64,000 bases of DNA from an uncultured Atribacterota bacterium (lineage in GTDB: Bacteria > Atribacterota > Phoenicimicrobiia > Phoenicimicrobiales > Stramentimicrobiaceae), in contig CAYSRG010000003.1 of the NCBI GenBank assembly GCA_964433555.1, positions 9,802 through 73,801 on the forward strand, read 5' to 3'. This document shows, piece by piece, positions 1-8,093 of the stretch. A program made the position numbers and the translations under genes. The notes below the pieces were generated by a model, which ran no database searches, had not been told where the DNA came from, and was given only the letters and a program-made list of their open reading frames with translations. Positions within the stretch are counted from its first letter, which is position 1. Every line of letters starts with the position of its first letter.

Positions 1-1269
1 AAGAAGTTCATGATGATTACCTATTTTATGTAATGGTGTTAAAAAAGCAATAAAATCACAAGGAATGAGTTTGGTTCCTTGGTGAATTAATTGATAGAAA
101 GAATGCTGTCCTTTGGTACCAACCTCTCCCCAGTAAATTGGTCCAGTCTGATAAGAAACCTTTCTGCCTTGAGTGTCAATATTTTTACCATTACTCTCCA
201 TAGTTAATTGTTGAAGATAAGCAGGAAAGAGTTTTAGATATTGCTCATAGGGAAGGACAGCAGCAGTTTGTGCTCCAAAGAAGTTATTATACCAGATACC
301 TAATAGTGCCATGAGCACAGGTATATTTCTTTCCAGGGGAGTCTGGCGAAAATGTTCATCCATCTGATGAAAGCCTTCCAGCAGGGAATAAAAATTTTCC
401 GGACCAATGGCAATCATGGTAGAAAGACCAATTGCTGAACAAAGCGAATATCGACCACCAACCCAATCCCAGAAAACAAACATGTTTTCAGGGGCAATTC
501 CAAATTCTTTTACCTTAGAGGTATTTGTAGAAACAGCCACAAAATGTTTACTTATTGCCTTGTTATCCTTGAGGTGATTGAGGAGCCAGGTTCGAGCAGT
601 AAGGGCATTAGTCATTGTTTCAGTAGTAGTGAAGGTTTTGGAAGAGATTATAAATAATGTTTCTTCGGGATCAAGACCATATACTGTTTCGGCAAAATCA
701 GTTCCATCCACATTAGAAATAAAAGCAAAGTGTATATCGCGTAAACTATAATAAAGTAAGGCTTCATAAGCCATTTCTGGACCCAGATGAGAGCCTCCAA
801 TCCCAATATTAATCACATTTCTGATAGGCTTACCGGTAAATCCTTCCCATTGCCCACTACGAATCTGATGGGCAAAATATGTCATTTTATCAAGTACTTC
901 ATGAACCTTAATTACAACATCTTTCCCATCTACCACAAGAGAATATTCTCTGGGTATACGTAAGGCTATATGTAAAGCTGCTCTATGTTCCGTAATATTA
1001 ATTCTTTCCCCCCGAAACATAGCCTCAATATAATCAGGCAAATCAGCTTGTTCTGCTAATTGTAATAGTAGATTTAAAGTTTCAGGAGTGACCCTGTGTT
1101 TGGAATAATCAAAATAGATTCCTATATCTTCTATTACCATCTTTTCACTCCGTCGGGGATCATCAGCAAAGAGTTGTCTTAGATGGATTTGCTTTATCTT
1201 TTCATAGTGTTCTTCTAATAATTTCCAGGCAGCATAACTATTTCCTAAATTTCCTTTTTCCTTTTTCAT
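1..1269 (-). CDS. pgi: glucose-6-phosphate isomerase, 3'-truncated by the window edge
   Basis: Reverse-strand translation from the ATG at 1269 gives [63 protein letters not shown], the typical PGI N-terminus (LFA.DP.RF... DYSKN.IT.ET). The ORF runs off the window start. Confidence 0.85.
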   Translation of the reverse strand, partial: MKKEKGNLGNSYAAWKLLEEHYEKIKQIHLRQLFADDPRRSEKMVIEDIGIYFDYSKHRVTPETLNLLLQLAEQADLPDYIEAMFRGERINITEHRAALHIALRIPREYSLVVDGKDVVIKVHEVLDKMTYFAHQIRSGQWEGFTGKPIRNVINIGIGGSHLGPEMAYEALLYYSLRDIHFAFISNVDGTDFAETVYGLDPEETLFIISSKTFTTTETMTNALTARTWLLNHLKDNKAISKHFVAVSTNTSKVKEFGIAPENMFVFWDWVGGRYSLCSAIGLSTMIAIGPENFYSLLEGFHQMDEHFRQTPLERNIPVLMALLGIWYNNFFGAQTAAVLPYEQYLKLFPAYLQQLTMESNGKNIDTQGRKVSYQTGPIYWGEVGTKGQHSFYQLIHQGTKLIPCDFIAFLTPLHKIGNHHELL

Positions 1270-1536
1270 AGCTATCCTCCAGAAATAAAAATTTCCTTAT
1301 TGGAAAAATATGCTCATTTTTTCATCTATTATAATATTCCTTATTTTATTTTAACAATAACCCGGGACTTTAGCTATCTTCTAATACAAATATTCTTTCT
1401 AAACATATATCTTATTTAGCTAAAAGCAGGTTAATTTCACCTGTTAAGCAATGAATTCCCTTTTTTCTATTAAATGATATCAAAATAATATATAATTAAA
1501 TAGAAACTAAATTTAAAAATAGGAGCGTATTTTGTT

Positions 1537-1974
1537 ATGTTAAAATTATTTAAAGTACAGGCAACCTGGTTAGGAGGAACTCAGGTTAATAGCAAAACAA
1601 GGAAATTTAAAATATTGATGGATAAACCAGAAGAAGAAAACGGTACAAATTTAGGACCTAAGCCAGCGGAGGTTTCGCTGCAGGCTTTGGGTAGCTGCCT
1701 TATCTTTGCTTATCTTTATGCCGCAAATAAATTAAACATCACTATTGATGGCTTAAAAGTAAATATTGAAGGTGAAACAGTCCCTGGAGGTTGGCTTGAT
1801 GAACAGAAAAATAAAAGACCCGGTTTTAAAAACGTTCAATACAGTATCATAGTTAATACAAAACATTCTAACGAAGAAATAGAAAAAGTTCATAACCTGG
1901 CATTAAGAGCTTCTCCGATGTATGATAATTTCATCCATCCTATTAATGTTCAAGGTTCTTTTTCTATTCAATAA
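1537..1974 (+). CDS. OsmC/Ohr-family peroxiredoxin-like protein
   Basis: 145-aa ORF. Size and overall pattern fit the OsmC/Ohr fold. It sits divergently from pgi. Confidence 0.6.
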   Translation: MLKLFKVQATWLGGTQVNSKTRKFKILMDKPEEENGTNLGPKPAEVSLQALGSCLIFAYLYAANKLNITIDGLKVNIEGETVPGGWLDEQKNKRPGFKNVQYSIIVNTKHSNEEIEKVHNLALRASPMYDNFIHPINVQGSFSIQ

Positions 1975-2051
1975 TATAACAACATAATTCATATTAGTTT
2001 CACTACTGATTCATAGAAAATTAAATTATATAATATTTTTCTACTGAGCTA

Positions 2052-2080
2052 TTGACGGAAACATATGTTTGCTTTATAAT
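2052..2080 (+). promoter_or_regulatory. sigma-70-like promoter of lexA with an embedded LexA (Cheo-type) operator
   Basis: TTGACG (2052-2057), a 17-nt spacer, then TATAAT (2075-2080). The spacer contains the palindrome GAAACATATGTTTG (2058-2071), with a 12-bp perfect palindromic core AAACAT|ATGTTT. It resembles the Gram-positive LexA box CGAACRNRYGTTYC. Confidence 0.7.
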
Positions 2081-2124
2081 GAAATTACCTGATATTGACC
2101 AAAAATTTACGAGGAATACAGGTT

Positions 2125-2736
2125 ATGATATTACGGAAAGAAACGCTTACCAAAAAACAGAAGACAGCTTTAGAGCTTATTCGTATTAAGATACAACAAA
2201 CTGGTTATCCGCCAACAGTGCGGGAATTATGCGAAGCCCTGGGGGTCCATTCCTCTGCCACTGCCTTTAAATATTTAAAAATCCTAGAAAAGAAAGGCTA
2301 TATTAAGAGGGAAAAAGAAAAAACAAGAGCTATAAAATTAATGCCCCAGACCCGTAATCTCCCTCTAGTCGGCAAAGTTGCTGCCGGCAATCCCCTACTC
2401 GCTTTGCAGGAATACACGGAGGTAATTCCGGTACCAGAAGAACTGGCTGGTACAGAAGGGAACTTTCTGGTTCGAGTGGAGGGAGACAGCATGCTCGGTG
2501 ACCATATTCTGGATGGAGACTATGTGATAGTCCATCCCCAGAATTATGCTGATAATGGAGACATTGTTATAGCCCTGCTCAACCAGGAAGAAGTAACTGT
2601 CAAAAGATTATACCAGAACAGAGATAAAATAACCCTAAAACCTTCTAACCCGGAATATCAGCCTATTATTACCAGGGATATAAAAATTTTAGGCAAGGTA
2701 ATTGGGATTATCCGCAAGTATAACGGGAGGAAATAA
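2125..2736 (+). CDS. lexA: LexA repressor (SOS regulon repressor, S24 peptidase)
   Basis: MILRKETLTKKQKTALELIRIKIQQTGYPPTVRELCEALG (an N-terminal winged HTH like E. coli LexA), the VAAGNP cleavage-site region, and the VEGDSM Ser-protease motif. The track ORF starts at a TTG at 2095. The ATG at 2125 with an upstream GAGG is the more plausible start. Confidence 0.9.
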   Translation: MILRKETLTKKQKTALELIRIKIQQTGYPPTVRELCEALGVHSSATAFKYLKILEKKGYIKREKEKTRAIKLMPQTRNLPLVGKVAAGNPLLALQEYTEVIPVPEELAGTEGNFLVRVEGDSMLGDHILDGDYVIVHPQNYADNGDIVIALLNQEEVTVKRLYQNRDKITLKPSNPEYQPIITRDIKILGKVIGIIRKYNGRK

Positions 2737-2744
2737 AGAAAATT

Positions 2745-3575
2745 ATGCTTTACATAGGAACTTCCGGCTTTAGTTACCAGGACTGGATTGGGCCATTTTA
2801 TCCAGAAAATATCAGTAAAGGAGATATGCTAAATCTATATGCCCGCCAATTTAATGCAGTGGAAGTCAATTCCTCTTATTACCGAATTGCACCCGCAGCT
2901 GTCTTCTATCATCTACAGCGTAAGGTTCCGGCTGATTTCAAATTCGCAGTAAAGGCAAATCAGGCTATGACTCATGTCCGGGATAAAAACGAAGCTGTAT
3001 TTCAAGAATTTAAAGCTTCCTTACAACCAATTTTGGACAACAATAAACTGGGTTGTATCCTGGCCCAATTTCCCTACTCTTTTCATTATAACAGTACTAA
3101 TCTTAGCTATCTCCTCTATGTAAAGGAAAAAATGAGCGATATTCCCCTGATTGTAGAATTTCGTAACAGCTACTGGGTAAAAGACCGGGTACTCGATTTT
3201 CTCAAAAAAAATGAAATAGGATTTTGCGCGGTAGATCAACCACCTTTAAAAGGATTAATCCCTCCAGCAGCAATAGCAACCTCTCAGCTGGGTTATATAC
3301 GTTTTCACGGACGCAACAAAGAAAAATGGTGGCAAAATGAACATGCTTACCAGCGTTACGATTATCTCTATAGTGAAAAGGAATTACAAGAGTGGTTGCC
3401 CAAAATTAAACAGATTGTTAATCAAACTACCGACCAGTATATCTTTATGAATAATCACTATAAAGGAAAGGCAACTAAAAATGCCTTAATGCTAATGAAA
3501 TTACTACGACAGGAAATAAAGACAATTAATACTACTATGAACGGAGATATTCAGGATATCTCAAAAGAATGTTAA
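2745..3575 (+). CDS. DUF72 (YecE/UPF0759) family protein, co-operonic with lexA
   Basis: 276-aa ORF starting 8 nt after the lexA stop. MLYIGTSGFSYQDWIGPFYP...YYRIAP is the characteristic DUF72 N-terminus. Biochemical function unknown. Confidence 0.75.
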   Translation: MLYIGTSGFSYQDWIGPFYPENISKGDMLNLYARQFNAVEVNSSYYRIAPAAVFYHLQRKVPADFKFAVKANQAMTHVRDKNEAVFQEFKASLQPILDNNKLGCILAQFPYSFHYNSTNLSYLLYVKEKMSDIPLIVEFRNSYWVKDRVLDFLKKNEIGFCAVDQPPLKGLIPPAAIATSQLGYIRFHGRNKEKWWQNEHAYQRYDYLYSEKELQEWLPKIKQIVNQTTDQYIFMNNHYKGKATKNALMLMKLLRQEIKTINTTMNGDIQDISKEC

Positions 3576-3606
3576 TCAAAATTAATTATTTTTTTTCATA
3601 AAAGAG

Positions 3607-3620
3607 CGAACATATGTTTA
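3607..3620 (+). promoter_or_regulatory. second LexA (Cheo-type) box upstream of dnaE
   Basis: CGAACATATGTTTA lies 30 nt upstream of the dnaE ATG. It matches CGAACRNRYGTTYC and shares the core AACATATGTTT with the lexA-promoter box. It is immediately preceded by a -10-like CATAAA. Confidence 0.7.
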
Positions 3621-3649
3621 CTAAAGAACATTAAGAAAGGGAATAACTT

Positions 3650-6322
3650 ATGAACTTTACCCATTTACACTTGCACTCTCAATACAGTTTACAGGACGGA
3701 CTGGGCAGTGTTGACCAGATTATTGACCTGGCACAAAAATTAAAGATGAGAGTCCTGGCTCTTACTGATCATGATAGCCTGATCGGCACTATTGAATTCT
3801 ATAAAAAAGCTCTTCAGGCAGGGATTCAGCCAATCCTTGGTTGTGAGATACGAATCAAAAGTGATTTTTTACCCAACCATTTAACTCACCTCATCCTTCT
3901 GATCAAAAATAATACTGGCTATCGCAATCTCTGTCAGCTCGTCAGCCAGGCACACCTGTCCAACCCACAAAATATTCCAGCCATTGACCGTAAGCTGCTT
4001 TCCCGCTATCGGGAAGGCCTCATTGTCCTATCCGGATGTCTTAAGGGAGAAATTCCACTGCTTATTACCCGAAAAGAGTATCAAAAAGCAGAAAGAACTG
4101 CCCTCTGGTTTAAAAATATATTTAATTCAGAAAATTTTTACCTGGAGATATCATTTCACGGATTGGAAGAAGAAAGAGTTATTAATCAATACCTTATCGA
4201 TCTGGGAGAAAAACTCACTATCCCCCTGGTAGCTACCAATAATGTACACTACCCGACAAAAGAACAAGCTCCCTTTCAGGATATAGCTAATATCATTGCC
4301 AACCAGGGAACTCGGAAATGCTTTCACCATCCTCCCCTGCCCAATCACCAGTTTTATCTGAAATCAGGACAGGAAATGAAAGACCTTTTCTCTTTTATCC
4401 CCGAAGCACTAAAGAATACAGAAAAGATTGCCGAACAATGCCAGCTTAAACTGGAGCTGGGTAAAATCAGGCTACCTTCTTATCAGCCTCCTCAACCCTA
4501 TTCTGCTTCAGAATATTTAGAAAAATTATGTCTGGAAGGTTTAAAAAAATACTATCCAGACCCCTCCAGTCAAGCTTTTTACCGTATGAAATATGAATTA
4601 GGGGTTATCAAACAAATGGGGTTTGCCGGCTATTTTCTGATTGTTAGAGATATTGTAAGCTTTGCCAAACAAAACAACATCCCGGTCGGACCCGGTAAAG
4701 GCTCTGCAGCAGGCAGTCTGGTATCCTATCTGCTCAATATTACCGAGGTAGACCCTTTAAAATCTAAACTATTTTTTGAAAGATTTCTCAATCCCCAACG
4801 CATTGATATGCCGGATATTGACATTGATTTCGGACAAATAGGTAGAGATAAGGTTATTGCTTATATTTTTCAGCGATTTGGATGCGAACAGGTAACCCAT
4901 GTTTGCACCATTAACACCTATGCTGCACGTTCTGCGGTAAGAGATGCCGGTAGGGCTCTGGGTTTTTCTTATCAGGAGCTGAATAAAATTGCTCGAATGA
5001 TGCCTTTCTTCTCTTCGCCGGGAGTCATAAGGGCTTCCTTGAAGCACCTACCAGAATTAAAGCAGCTTCCTTACCAAAAAGAACCGCTGCGTTCTCTATT
5101 TTCTTATGCCCAGTTCATGGAAGGAAAACCACGCCATCTTGCGGTTCATGCTTCTGCTCTAATTATTGCCGATCAGCCACTGGCTAACCTAGTTCCATTG
5201 ACACTCAGTCCGGAAGGAGAGATTATCAGCCAGTATGAAAAAGAGAGTATCAAGGAACTGGGTTTATTAAAGATTGATATACTGGGATCCAGAAGTTTAA
5301 CGGTAATGCAAAAAACTCTACAAAGTCTTACCAAACATGATATACATATTAATTTAAGACAAATACCTTTGGATGACCCCTTAACTTTTTACCATTTAAA
5401 AAAAGGAAAAACCCTTGGTGTTTTTCAAGTAGAAAGCTCAGGAATGTCTTCCCTGTTAAAACAGTTATCACCCTCTACTCTGGAAGATTTAATTGCCGCA
5501 CTTTCTCTTTACCGTCCCGGTCCGCTGGACAGCGGAATGACCGAGCAATATTTAAAGAGAAAAAGTGGTCAGTCTCAGATTGAATATCCCCATGAACGTT
5601 TGCAGAACATATTGAAGGATACCTACGGCGTTATTCTTTACCAGGAACAGGTTATGCAGGTTGTTTCGGCTATTGCTGGATTAAACCCGGGTGAAGCTGA
5701 TCTATTTCGCAGGGCAATCAGTTCGCGTTCACCTGTTATTATGGAAGAGCAGCGCCAGAATTTTTTGATCAAATCTTCCCAGCAGGGAATCAGTCCACAT
5801 GAAGCCCAGAATATCTTTAACCTGATTGCCAAATTTGCCTATTATGGCTTCAATAAAGCTCATAGCACCTCTTATGCCCTGCTTTCTTATCTCAGCTGTT
5901 ACCTGAAAGTGCATTATCCGGAACATTATTTAGCCGCACTACTTACTTATGGTATGGGTTATTACGATCTGGATCGCTACATCCAGGAAGCACGACGTTT
6001 TCGAATTTCAATTCTACTACCTAATATTAACAAGAGCCAAGCTGGCTTTTCTGTAGAAGGAAAGGCTATTCGGATCGGACTGATAAGGATAAAAGGCATG
6101 GGGATGAAACAGATAAATAGCATTTTGAGGATAAGAGAAACAGATGGTCCCTTTCTTTCTCTCTACGATTTTTGTGCCAGGACTGCTTCCTTAAGAACAA
6201 CCAGAAATGTAATTGAAAATCTGATTAAAGTCGGTGCCTTTAATTTTACAGGATACCATAGATCTGTATTACTAAACCTGCTCCCACTTGTTATCCAGGA
6301 AACTAAAAAGGAGGAAAAGTAA
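3650..6322 (+). CDS. dnaE: DNA polymerase III alpha subunit, PHP + polymerase core + HhH, lacking the OB-fold C-terminus (N-terminal module of a split DnaE)
   Basis: MNFTHLHLHSQYSLQDG...ALTDHDSL (PHP domain). The N-terminus looks DnaE1/DnaE3-like rather than ImuC-like. At 890 aa it ends at the linker before the OB fold (..LIKVGAFNFTGYHRSVLL..). Confidence 0.85.
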   Translation: MNFTHLHLHSQYSLQDGLGSVDQIIDLAQKLKMRVLALTDHDSLIGTIEFYKKALQAGIQPILGCEIRIKSDFLPNHLTHLILLIKNNTGYRNLCQLVSQAHLSNPQNIPAIDRKLLSRYREGLIVLSGCLKGEIPLLITRKEYQKAERTALWFKNIFNSENFYLEISFHGLEEERVINQYLIDLGEKLTIPLVATNNVHYPTKEQAPFQDIANIIANQGTRKCFHHPPLPNHQFYLKSGQEMKDLFSFIPEALKNTEKIAEQCQLKLELGKIRLPSYQPPQPYSASEYLEKLCLEGLKKYYPDPSSQAFYRMKYELGVIKQMGFAGYFLIVRDIVSFAKQNNIPVGPGKGSAAGSLVSYLLNITEVDPLKSKLFFERFLNPQRIDMPDIDIDFGQIGRDKVIAYIFQRFGCEQVTHVCTINTYAARSAVRDAGRALGFSYQELNKIARMMPFFSSPGVIRASLKHLPELKQLPYQKEPLRSLFSYAQFMEGKPRHLAVHASALIIADQPLANLVPLTLSPEGEIISQYEKESIKELGLLKIDILGSRSLTVMQKTLQSLTKHDIHINLRQIPLDDPLTFYHLKKGKTLGVFQVESSGMSSLLKQLSPSTLEDLIAALSLYRPGPLDSGMTEQYLKRKSGQSQIEYPHERLQNILKDTYGVILYQEQVMQVVSAIAGLNPGEADLFRRAISSRSPVIMEEQRQNFLIKSSQQGISPHEAQNIFNLIAKFAYYGFNKAHSTSYALLSYLSCYLKVHYPEHYLAALLTYGMGYYDLDRYIQEARRFRISILLPNINKSQAGFSVEGKAIRIGLIRIKGMGMKQINSILRIRETDGPFLSLYDFCARTASLRTTRNVIENLIKVGAFNFTGYHRSVLLNLLPLVIQETKKEEK

Positions 6323-6837
6323 TGTCAAACCTTATAAAAGTTAAAACAAAAACCAGCATTATTGATTCATTGCCTAAAAATTCTATTCCCGCTCACCATT
6401 TTTCTCCTGCCGAGCTTCTGAAGATAGAAAAAGAAATAATGGGTATCTATGCACATGCTCATCCTCTATCCCTCTATCGAGAAGAGTTAACAAGCCAGAA
6501 GGGAAGAGGGCAAATACTTATCCAGAGTCACCATATTGAGCAACTAAGAGCAGGACTACCTATCCTGATTGCTGGTCTCTTAATCCAGGTCCGGAGACAA
6601 TTTACCAGACATCAACAGGTAATGGCTTTCTTACTACTGGAGGACGAAACAGGCCTCTTTGAAGCTATTGCCTTCCCTGAGGTATTCCGGAATTATTTCT
6701 CCTTGTTGGTTAAAGAGGCGTTGTTGCTTATCAAAGGTAAGGTCGGTGATAAAAACGGCAAAGAAAAAATAATAATCCAGGAAATTAAAAATCTCCATTC
6801 CTGCCTGCAGGTAAACATACCAGGAATAAACTTATGA
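6322..6837 (+). CDS. DnaE C-terminal OB-fold module encoded as a separate ORF
   Basis: 171 aa. The ATG overlaps the TAA of the upstream ORF (TAATG), with a perfect SD AAGGAGG 7 nt upstream. ELLKIEKEIMGIYAHAHPLS plus IAGLLIQVRR..HQQVMAFLLLEDETGLFEAIAFPEVF matches the DnaE linker and OB-fold region. Confidence 0.8.
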   Translation: MSNLIKVKTKTSIIDSLPKNSIPAHHFSPAELLKIEKEIMGIYAHAHPLSLYREELTSQKGRGQILIQSHHIEQLRAGLPILIAGLLIQVRRQFTRHQQVMAFLLLEDETGLFEAIAFPEVFRNYFSLLVKEALLLIKGKVGDKNGKEKIIIQEIKNLHSCLQVNIPGINL

Positions 6838-6863
6838 TATTTAAAATAAGGAATAAATACAAT

Positions 6864-8093
6864 ATGGCTATTGCTAAAAAACACTCTATTATTCATCTGG
6901 ATTTAGACGCCTTCTTTGCTTCGGTAGAACAACGGGATAATCCTGAATATAGCCATAAACCACTTATTGTAGGTGGTATCTTTAAGAAAAATGGTGAATT
7001 ATCCCGACGGGGAGTAGTCTGCTCTGCCTCCTATCAGGCTAGAAAATACGGTATTCGCGCCGGTATGCCTATCTGGGAAGCTCAACAAAAATGTCCCGGG
7101 GCAATTTTTACTCCAGCACGCATTAATCGCTATCAGATTGCCTCTCAACACTTTTTCCGCATATGCAGTGCCTATACTCCTCTTGTTGAGGCAATAAGCA
7201 TCGATGAAGCCTTCCTGGATGTTACCAGCTGTGAATCCCTGTTTGGTACAGTAGAGGAAATCGCTCACAGGATTAAAATAAAAATTAAAGAAGAACTGCA
7301 TCTTCCAGTTTCAGCAGGAATTGCCTCTAATAAATTCCTGGCTAAAATAGCTACCAATCTGGGTAAACCGGACGGATTTTTCATTCTGCCAGACGAAAAA
7401 GCAATGGACATTTTGTCCAATCTACCCATTACCGAATTATGGGGTATAGGACAGAAAACAGCACAAAAACTCAATCGGGCAGGTATTTTTAAGATCAAGC
7501 AATTAATAATGATGCCGGATATTATCCTGCAGGGAATTTTAGGGGAGAATGGACCTAAAGTAAAACTACTGGCACAGGGTATCGACCATAGCCCGGTGGT
7601 GTGTTCCGAGGAAGCAAAATCAATCGGCAAAGAAATGACCTTCCCAGAAAATATAATAGATCGGGATAGACTAATAAAAATCCTCCTGGCACTGAGTCAA
7701 TGTATCGGCTATACTGCCCGTAAAAGGGGATATTCAGGTGAAACTATTACCTTAAAGATACGCTTTGCTCCCTATAAAACTATCCAAAAATCCATCACCC
7801 TGGAGAGGGCTACCAATCTTGATAATATAATCTTTCAAAAAGCTAGAGAACTTTTGGCTTTAATTAGTATCAAGCAACCGGGAATACGACTACTGGGCAT
7901 CAAGCTCTCCTCACTTCAACAGGGAAATCAACCAAGACAACTCAGCTTTCTGGACAATCAAGATTGGGAAGAAAAATGGGCTAAACTGATTTCTTCTGTA
8001 GATAAAATTCGTGAAAAACACGGCTCCTACTTAATCCAGCGCGCTACCCTCTTAAAAGAGAGAGAAAGTATTATTACCAAAAATTATAGATGA
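6864..8093 (+). CDS. dinB: DNA polymerase IV (Y-family translesion polymerase), catalytic residues intact
   Basis: MAIAKKHSIIHLDLDAFFASVEQRDNP, SRRGVVCSASYQARKYGIRAGMP, IDEAFLDVT. This is a close match to the E. coli DinB motifs including the catalytic Asp/Glu. The track ORF starts 30 nt earlier at 6834. The start overlaps or abuts the dnaE-OB ORF. Confidence 0.9.
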   Translation: MAIAKKHSIIHLDLDAFFASVEQRDNPEYSHKPLIVGGIFKKNGELSRRGVVCSASYQARKYGIRAGMPIWEAQQKCPGAIFTPARINRYQIASQHFFRICSAYTPLVEAISIDEAFLDVTSCESLFGTVEEIAHRIKIKIKEELHLPVSAGIASNKFLAKIATNLGKPDGFFILPDEKAMDILSNLPITELWGIGQKTAQKLNRAGIFKIKQLIMMPDIILQGILGENGPKVKLLAQGIDHSPVVCSEEAKSIGKEMTFPENIIDRDRLIKILLALSQCIGYTARKRGYSGETITLKIRFAPYKTIQKSITLERATNLDNIIFQKARELLALISIKQPGIRLLGIKLSSLQQGNQPRQLSFLDNQDWEEKWAKLISSVDKIREKHGSYLIQRATLLKERESIITKNYR

